DNA of 62,060 nt, counting the filler, from Sluysia triapertura (Eukaryota): NCBI GenBank assembly GCA_046118255.1. It is 5 parts of 5 records of this genome, joined end to end, with 100 filler letters (N's around TTAATTAATTAA, not from the genome) between each part and the next. Parts side by side here need not be neighbours in the genome. Positions count along the whole stretch, not along the records: positions 49,742 to 62,060 come from JBJNIA010119751.1; 4 more parts are not named here. One strand, given 5' to 3'. Below the pieces are notes generated by a model, which worked only from the letters and a program-made list of their open reading frames with translations, searched no databases and had not been told where the DNA came from. This document shows, piece by piece, positions 53,465 through 62,060 of the stretch. The position numbers and the translations under genes are program-made. Each line of letters starts with the position of its first letter. The stretch's first letter is position 1.

Positions 53465-55679
53465 GTTAGCTTATTTAATTTTTAAAGTTTTATATTTAAA
53501 TTTGTTAATTTTATGAAATTTCAAGTGATGTATTTATATTTTAAGTGGTGAATTTATTATGAAGAATCGCGCAAATGATCTGATAATCCAAAATATAATT
53601 CTTGAAATGGATCCGAATGTTTCTTGATATAATGTACGGGCATTTATAATATGAGTGTTATATCAACTTCAGACTTTATTTCATTGTATAATTTTTAGTT
53701 TTATCTTTTTCGATTTAGTTTACATTTATATTCTGTAAATAGAAGATTTTCGGACTTGTAATGCTCTGATTTGTATAAGTTAATATTACTTTTTGTGTTA
53801 GTAGAAATACCGATAGATGTTTGCATTTCAGTTGTGAATTGCTCTAATCTTTTTCACACCACGTTTGTCTAAAGGCTATAAATTTCTCAGTAAATGTTTT
53901 CGAGGAATGTAATTTAATTATAATAGTGTTTAATCTTAAATCAACAGCCACATTTTAATTCCAAGGTAATTAAATTAATATTCTATATTTTTATCTTAAT
54001 TAAGACTAATGTTCACTCAAAGTCATTTCTAATTTCTAATTAAAGATATTCCTTCAGTGATTCTAAAATCAAAGAATTATTAATCTACATCAAAATAAAA
54101 TTATTGTGTTTAATAAATCAAAACAACAATTTACAACGATATTTCATCTATATCTGAGTTTTACAATTTATGTCAGCTTAATTACATCCGAAAAATGGCA
54201 CGTTGTCGTTGCGAGCGCTCCGGTGTTAAAATTTTGATAAAACTCAGTTGCAAAATAAATTCCTTTTTAGGTTCGCTTGTAGTTTACGACTTATAGGGGC
54301 GTATCTACAAGAAATGTGAATTCAAATAAATCTTTCAATTTTAGTACAATTCGTTTAGTAACTTCCCTCCTATTGGTATCTTTATTTCTATATAAAAAAT
54401 TAATTAAGTTAAAGTGTATTTAATCCAAAGGTCCTGCTTTATACAATTTTAACTAGTATAATTATACATCCTGCATTAAACAATTTTAATTAATCAATAT
54501 CTTAATAAATTAATTAAAGCAATTCAATGTTAACTAAAATCCAAATTTTTTAAGCTGTATTTGACTTTATTATAAATGATAAAGATTTTATAATTGACCA
54601 AAGGCCAACTTTTAATTAATGAAGTTTATTACTCCAAAAAATTGAGTGAAATCTATGTAAAATAAATTTACTACTTGATAAAGTAAGCTTTTTTAAAGGA
54701 TGATAATTTACTGTCAGTCAATCGAGGGACCAAAATCGTTAAGCCAATGTAAGATCCAAATATCAACGGTTGATAGTCGTTCGTTGATCATCTGTATTTA
54801 ATTGTCTTTTACTTTTTAACCCCACGATAATTAATTTGCAAAACTTATGCAACTTATGTGAAGTAATTAACTAGTGTCTCATTTATGTACTCTTTATTTT
54901 GCAATTATCATCCATTACTTTAGAAATCAATTAATTTAATGGACATTTCATTTATTTTGCTAAAAATCCATTAGTTAATTTATTATTTATATGTTTCATT
55001 ACTTCACTAATCCATTAGTTAATTACCTTTAAAATATTAATTTTATACAAACGCTTTTAATTTTATAATTGAAGTATAAAATTCTTAATTTTATAATTTT
55101 TTACAAATATTTTTTAATTATAACTTTTTACACATGAATACAAAATAGAATTTAAAGATTTATATCTTTACAAACACTTTTTACAAAGTGCTTCATGATG
55201 TATTCAAATACCATTAAATAAGCAGTTTTGTGCATATCTTCCAATTTTTGCCCGATACGCACTCTAGTTAGGTCTGCCATTTATCTGCTCATTATGTGTT
55301 AAAATTAAGGTACATTCTACAATCTGTACAGGTTCTTATGTCTTAAAACCATAATCATACTAGTTTCAGCATTTATATTATCTTTAACAGACATTGAATA
55401 TTTCGTCGAAGCATTTTGATTGTGAATTTTGGTTTTGCTTTTTTGATAAAGCAAATTTCAAACTTATTTATTTTGTATGAGCAGTAGTTATATTCTGTGC
55501 GATGTATAAGTCCTCTTTTGTATAAAAGTTATTTTCATCTTCAAGCAATAGTAAAATGTTGCTAACATTAGATAAATCTAAGTGATAAGTGCTGAATTAA
55601 TTTAGTTGGTTACGATAGCAGATAATAATAATAATAATTTTATTTTTTACTAAAATGCTTTTGGGTGTTTACATAAAAT

Positions 55680-56260
55680 GCGTTGTTGCACTTTTTGTGC
55701 TGGGACCCATTTTTCCTGTTCAAATTTTTTCTTGACTCCTAGGGATTAAAATTAAAATAATAAAGTAAATTTTTTAGTAAAAAATTTTTTAACACCAACA
55801 AATTAAAATATATTTAATAATAATAGCAAATTCTGGCATAAAACATCAAATATTGGCTCTGTTTCGTTGATGGTCTCAGTACTAATTCCAGATCTTTAAA
55901 ATTCGATCGACATTTTGTCTTAATATAAGTCAGTGTCGAAAATGATTTTTCACACAAATAAGTATAGGCAAAGGAAGAAGAGAAAGTATGGCTAGTTCCG
56001 ATAATAGTGGATATTCTACTTTTACACTAGCCCAAAAGGAGTATACTTTTTTTTGAAAAAAATTACTTTCAAGCTCAAATCATGAAAACTCTTAAGGTTT
56101 TTCTGTCCAATGGTTTATAAACTCACAGGAATTGGTTAGCATCTAATTCTGGCATAAAATACTTTTACCAGTGGTTTCATTACATCAAAGTCTAGCTTAT
56201 TTTCTTGGATGAAATCCTCTATACATGTAAGCATTTCGTTGTGGTGACCAACCCAATATC
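55680..56260 (-). mobile_element. hAT (Buster/Charlie) transposase C-terminal fragment with a degenerate right end
   Basis: FWASVKVEYPLLSELAILSLLPF/AYTYLCEKSFSTLTYIKTKCRS is the hAT dimerisation motif (FW...YP.L...A...PF.TTYLCE.GFS...IK.K.R), with frameshifts. Confidence 0.85.
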
Positions 56261-57629
56261 TTAGGGTTTTGTTTTAAAAAAAATATATACCAAAATCACC
56301 TTTCACAACGTTTCGTAATTCATAATATTTCCAAACATAAAATTACATAACATCAAATTCACATTCAATTCCAAAAATCATGAAATATTTACTTAAAAAA
56401 TTAATTCAAAAACATTGCAAACTTAATCCAACATACTTCACATAAAATCATATTCATAACACTCTAACCATTTTCCATTAAAACCTTTTTTTATTTTATT
56501 TCATATTCACTAAAATCATTTTTTAAAGTCTCAATCTGTCAACATCTAAACCACAATTATATTCAAAATCATCAATGTACATCTAAAAACCCTTTTATTC
56601 ATGATTTTATAACACTAGAATCACCATTACATCTCACATTATCAAATATGCATCTTAAAATCAATCCAAAATATTTCAAGTTTACAAACATCAATACTTA
56701 ATCTCTAATATCATTGAAGACATTAAATCAACACTTTAAAATCATCTCAAACATTGTAATCAAATTGTTTCTTCTATAACACCCTTTGTTACACAGTATT
56801 TCCTCTAAACATTCTTCTACCAACTCTTTCTACACATTACATATTTAAGTAATCAGAGAACAAGGTCTTCTTTAAAAGAATCTTAATAGAATTTTATTTT
56901 TATATATGAAATTATTTCCATGAATTTTATATATGTCAAGAAATAAGATAAGATACAAGAAAAGCTCATGTTAAGACAAAAAAAGACATTTATGTTTTTT
57001 TACAATTCATTTCATTTATTTTCCATTATAATTATTATTCCGTCATTTTTATTATCATCATTATTTATTATTACTATAATTATTATAATCATTATTATTT
57101 CTCATTAATTTTAATAAAATTGTTATTTCGTGGTTTCTACCACTATATTTTCTGTTATTTAGTCAAATACTTGTTTAAATACTTACAATTTCATTGGTTG
57201 TCCAACCAAAATCCACTTTTCACAGCATTACTATTTGTTTTGGTTGAACAACCAATAGATACTTTAACAAATATTCAATCCTATTTTTATATTGTTTCTC
57301 ATACAATTAACCTTATAGCTTTGTATTCGTTATATATGAGTGGCATGCAATCAACATTGTACTGAAAGTAGCACTGTCACAGTGTATCTCTGTATTATTT
57401 GTATACTACAACAAAAATTTTCATAGTGAAAGAAGTGGACATAGTTGTATTAGTGATATACTTACAAAAACATACGTAATTAATAGTTGTTTATAAATAA
57501 ATTAATAATCGGTGTTATTAATATAAAATATTTTTGTTGTACAGTTAATTTTATAATATCTTAAAAAGTTAACGTCGGCAAAAATTTAGCAACGCTTTCT
57601 TAAATTGTACAATATTAAATAATTAAGTG

Positions 57630-58893
57630 ATGTCTGATGATTCTGACACAGAATATCGTGAAGCAAGAGATGATTATTTTGATGATAATTATAAAGACGA
57701 TGAACCCAAAATAGATACAAAACATTTACTTTATGAAGAACTACAAACTAACAATGCTGAAATGTTAAATAAAATTATCAATGGATTGGCAAATAAAATT
57801 AATGTTTCTTTTATTATCGTAAAATGTTACTTATATCATATAATTCGTCATTAGATAAAATGTATCTAGATATATCCAATAATCCGTACAACGTTTTGTT
57901 TAAAGCTCGCACATTGCCTAATTATATCAAAGTTCATTACGAATGTCAAAAAATGCAAAATAATATGTTATGGCCTTCATATCCATCACGTTTCAAAAAG
58001 ATTCGTAACACCTCGGAATTATTCTTTATGAACAACATGGCTAATTTAAAATGGTTAAAATCGGATCAACTCCGACCACATGCTACTTCAGTTTTGATTA
58101 AACACAAAGATGCCATTGGTCTATTTGAAACCTGTTGTAAAAAAGCTGTTACTTATTATGTTCATGTTATGCGGCACGTTTTATATAACAACCAACCTCT
58201 AATGGACATAAAGACTGATTGCCACAATTGATTTGATAAAGCAAGAATGTGGTGAATTATTGAAGAAAAGTGAAGGATCAAATCTAAATATAATGCATTT
58301 AACTGAAGATACAGATATGACCGTTCGAATTATTGAACTTAGAAATTTTCATGTCGATACGGTTGCAGAAACTCCTAGTCAAATTTTGATGATGCTACAG
58401 CGTAAGAATCTAATTAGAGAAATTTTTTATTATATTCAACATTTAGCAATGGATAAGTTGATAATGGATAAAATGATAAGCTGTCAATTAATCCTAAACA
58501 TCGATAAAGCTTTATTAATTCTCCCATCAGAATCATGTATTAAAGATAGCAAGAATAATAAAAAGAATTTTAGAAAATCACAAATGATGAACTTTTCAGA
58601 ATCAAGAAATGCATGTGATGTAGAAGACGTTTTTACAAATTTAAAATTTATTGAATCGATAATTGTTTGTCTATCATAATAGAATTGGCTTTAGTTCGTC
58701 AATCTCTAATGTGTATTACAAAACGGCTCTTTGCCCATATGCAATAAATCAGGATGGGAAATGCAGAAGATTTGACTTAAAATGCAAATATCTTCTTGCA
58801 ATTAATGAATTAGAAGAGCTTCATGACAACCCTGCAGTCCGATCGGCATATTACAGTAGGATAGCTCATTTATTCGCAGATATCAGTATTTAA
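57630..58893 (+). CDS. Multi-exon gene of unknown function with a C-terminal Unkempt-like CCCH finger; apparent frameshift near 58212
   Basis: Four consecutive coding-like ORFs. The last has YYKTALC-x9-C-x6-C-x3-L, the same spacing as Unkempt YYKTGTC-x9-C-x6-C-x3-H. Confidence 0.55.
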
Positions 58894-59249
58894 GATATCA
58901 AGACTATTGTCAACAGTCCTACAAATCGACAATCAGGCATACATTTTCTTAGCAACAATGAAGTAATCATTCCTTATAATTACAGGAAGATATATACAGA
59001 AATTAAAGTTTATTAACGCCAGCAATTTTAGTTCTAGTATTATAAATAAATTTTTCGTTGTATACAAATTGTTATTTATTTTCAATAAACTTAAAATCTT
59101 ACATCTCGTAATTATCATAACAAAATATAAATTTAATTTTCAATTTTCTAATAAAAAATTAAATTTTAATAAAGCATTTACAATTTTAATGATCCTAGTT
59201 GTAATTAATAAACTACATTAATAAAACCTACATTCGTATAAGGAAATCT

Positions 59250-59797
59250 GAACTTTTATATCCATATACTTATTTTTTTTCATGAATGCTTAAACCATTG
59301 AAATCAATTTGAAAATTTTCAAGCTTTTTTGTAAAGACAAATTTAAATCATTCAATTTTTCAAAATATCTGACAAATAACAAAGATTACATAACTAGTTT
59401 TTATTTCGAAAAAATCCACCAATTCCGAATTACTTTTCAACAGAAATTGCATTACCTCATTCTTTAATAAAATCAGTCTTTTTAAAGCTTTGCCTCTTGA
59501 TAACCATCTTACTTCTGTATGATGCAAAATAGAACTAAACTCTGAGTCCATTTCTTTACCTTCAATAAAATTTATAATTTTTACGGCATTTTGCAAAACT
59601 TCACAATTCAGAAGAAATTCTTTTGTCGCCAATGTTTCACGATGAATAGTAATGTGTCTAGTAATTAACTTTGATATTACTAAAATATTAATTTCTATAA
59701 TTTCTATTAATTTCTATAATATCAAAGTTAATTACTAGACACATTACTATTACACACTGCATAATTCATCGTGAAGCATTGGTGACAAAAAAATTTC
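59250..59797 (-). mobile_element. hAT (Buster/Charlie, ZBED5/ZBED8-like) transposase central fragment with a fold-back
   Basis: HRETLATK...VLQNAVKIINFI..EM...LHHTEVRWLSRGKAL.R...LKNEV..FL...DIFEKLNDLNLSLQ. An inverted copy on the plus strand has HCIIHREAL. Confidence 0.9.
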
Positions 59798-59819
59798 ATT
59801 AAGTTCATTAAGTTTACTC

Positions 59820-60716
59820 TTTTCTTTTTCCATCCTCCATGTTCCTTTTTCCAGGTACCAACTTTCTTATCAATAAAATTTATAACGTCATGTATTTTTT
59901 CTTTATTTATCAACACAGCTTTAGTACATTGAAATATTACATAGGCTATTATAATTTAAGTCTTTCTTTATTGAAAGCAGCATTAATTTGTTTAGTTATA
60001 ATGGTTTTATAGTGTCCATTATCTATATAATCACTTATGTCCGTAATTTTATACTTTACTTCCATTATTTTAGTTATCTTTGATAACGTCGTTTCATATT
60101 CTTTAAGTTCGAGTAATAATGTTTTATAATTATCATAATTAGTAAACTTATATGATAACAATACATAAATTAAGCTCTTTGTATTAAACGTTTTTTCTAT
60201 AATATTTTTATAAATAATTTTTGTTAAGTCAATAGGTTTTCTTTGTATTGCATTTAGGATTAATATTTCATCATTATTTCTAGGCCAGGTTTTATTTTAA
60301 ATGTATTAGTTTACTTATTTTCTGTTTCGATGTGAGGGTTTTTATTTAAATCAATAATATACTGGGGTTTTTCTTCATTAAAATCATCATTAGTCATATC
60401 TATAATTTCATTCTTATTATTGCCCATATATTTTTATCATTATCATAATCATCTTCAAGTAATTCTTTTAATAGTGAGCGTGGGAAATTATCTAAATCAA
60501 CATCTGACACTTTATCATAGTGTGGTTTATTCTTAGCTAAATTATCAAAAATTTATTACTAATTTTATTAGATTCTGAAGATTTACTATGAGCCATAATT
60601 GTTGCGGAGGCTATTAACGTTTCCTCTTGGTTTCCATTTATTGATGGATAACCATAATCATTTATAAATTCATGTGGTATTAATTTTCTTTCGAGGAAAT
60701 ATAAGTCAACATCGGT
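59820..60716 (-). pseudogene. Second degenerate copy of the acidic/AT-hook ORF at 19840-20580
   Basis: Shared peptides DVDLD..PRSLL.EL.EDD, YIIDLNKNPHIETE, ELKEY, TDISD.IDNG.YK, VINF.DKK.GT and GGWK. Confidence 0.75.
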
Positions 60717-62060
60717 TATAGTAGTATTATAGTAGTATTATTATTATAGTAGTATTAATATTTTCTCACAGTAAACGTAATATAATTATCAAATTTGGAT
60801 AATTATTTAAGTTTAATAATTGAGTTTAAAAAAGATTTTATTGATACTGAAACAAAACGAATTTAATTTTAGATTAATTGCTTCACCCGAAAAATTTACG
60901 ATATAATATTGATTACAAAATAATCACGTATAACATTAATAGGAAGTTTATTTTGAACTCTGATATGTTGGCAAGCAATACAGCATTTTCTGTAGTTTTT
61001 CTATCACTTAACCTAGGCAAAATATTTTTAGCAGTTCCGTTTTCAGTAAACGACTTACAACGTACAAAGCACAATTTTTTTAATCCTGAAAATAATATAC
61101 TTACTCGTGAATGTGTCTTAAATTCTAATTATTAACAATTTTAAATCCTTCGCTTAATTATGCTAATGAAAATATAAATTCAAACACTTATTAAAAAATT
61201 TACAAAATTTTAAAAATTAAAAATTATTCGTTCAATAAGATTGGAAGATGGAGTAAATAAAAATTAAACTCTTCAATTAAAAGAAGAGGTTCTTTAACTA
61301 TTTTTATAGTAAAGTAAATTTAAGTATATTTTATCCCTGAATATATAGGGGAAACATTTTTAAAAATAAATTTAAGTGTATTTTATGATACTAATTTAGA
61401 TAAATTAGTACCCTCCTAACAAAAAATAACTTACGAAAAGCATGGAAAGATTTATATGAATAAAATACTGCCACAGATATTGAATAATAATTTTTCTACT
61501 GTTGATAAACAACGAAGAACTAAAATTGCAACCAAAATGGTGGATTGAATAGAATAATTATTAGAATCGAATAAAAACAAGATGGCGGATAAAAAATGGT
61601 TGTTATGATTGTACTTATGCTAGCTTATATACAAGTTATCAGCCAATAGGATTCGATGGAATGCTCTAGAAGCGTCTATTCTATTTTTAGGAACAAATGT
61701 TCTTTTTAAGTAATTTTATTTTTTTTGGAAAATAAATATTTTTTAAAATATTTTTATGGTGTGGTTAGATGTAAAAGAAATGTCTTTTAACAAATTAATA
61801 ATTAAATTTTGTAATTTAAACATTTTATCACTCTTCGAGGGCCTATAATTACGATTACAAAAACTAGAATTCAATGTGTCGGATATACTTATGTAATTTA
61901 ATATGAATTTTATCATAAACTCAATTGTGTCAGAGTTTGAATTAATTTTGAGTACACATATGATAGCTTTCTTTAATTTCGAGTCTAGAGAATTAGGTTT
62001 AATGGTAAATAATTCTAAAATTTGGTATATTGTAATACTATAAAATATAAAAATCCTAAG

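Noticed and set aside
60719-60757. AGTAGT repeats as a Polinton/Maverick terminus
   Set aside because: Indistinguishable from the degenerate (TTA)/(TAG) microsatellites found elsewhere, and no partner TIR was found.

Overview
Very AT-rich eukaryotic nuclear DNA made of five contigs joined by artificial 100-bp linkers (N44-TTAATTAATTAA-N44), so synteny holds only within each contig. The GT-AG introns are tiny (33-37 bp), there is a ciliary transition-zone gene and the gene families are animal-type. This points to a reduced ciliated metazoan; an orthonectid such as Intoshia is only a guess. Recognisable host genes: tectonic (one frameshift), the 5' half of PEX12, the last exon of an IQSEC/BRAG-type PH domain, a CNNM 5' fragment, and a gene ending in an Unkempt-like zinc finger. 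Many more decayed exons are unidentifiable. Mobile DNA includes hAT/Buster ends and transposase fragments, a Tc1/mariner deletion derivative, a piggyBac end, and fragments of an RLE-type (R2/NeSL/Utopia-like) non-LTR retrotransposon. Two items stand out. (1) A family of miniature LTR retrotransposons (TRIMs) whose ~170-bp TG...CA LTR carries a tRNA-like Pol III unit. It occurs as one LTR-PBS-PPT-LTR copy, two solo LTRs with 4-bp TSDs and one truncated LTR. (2) An intronless, virus-like ORF cassette with a signal-peptide protein whose N-terminus resembles chuvirus/gB-type class III fusogens. All calls come from reading motifs by eye; no searches were run.
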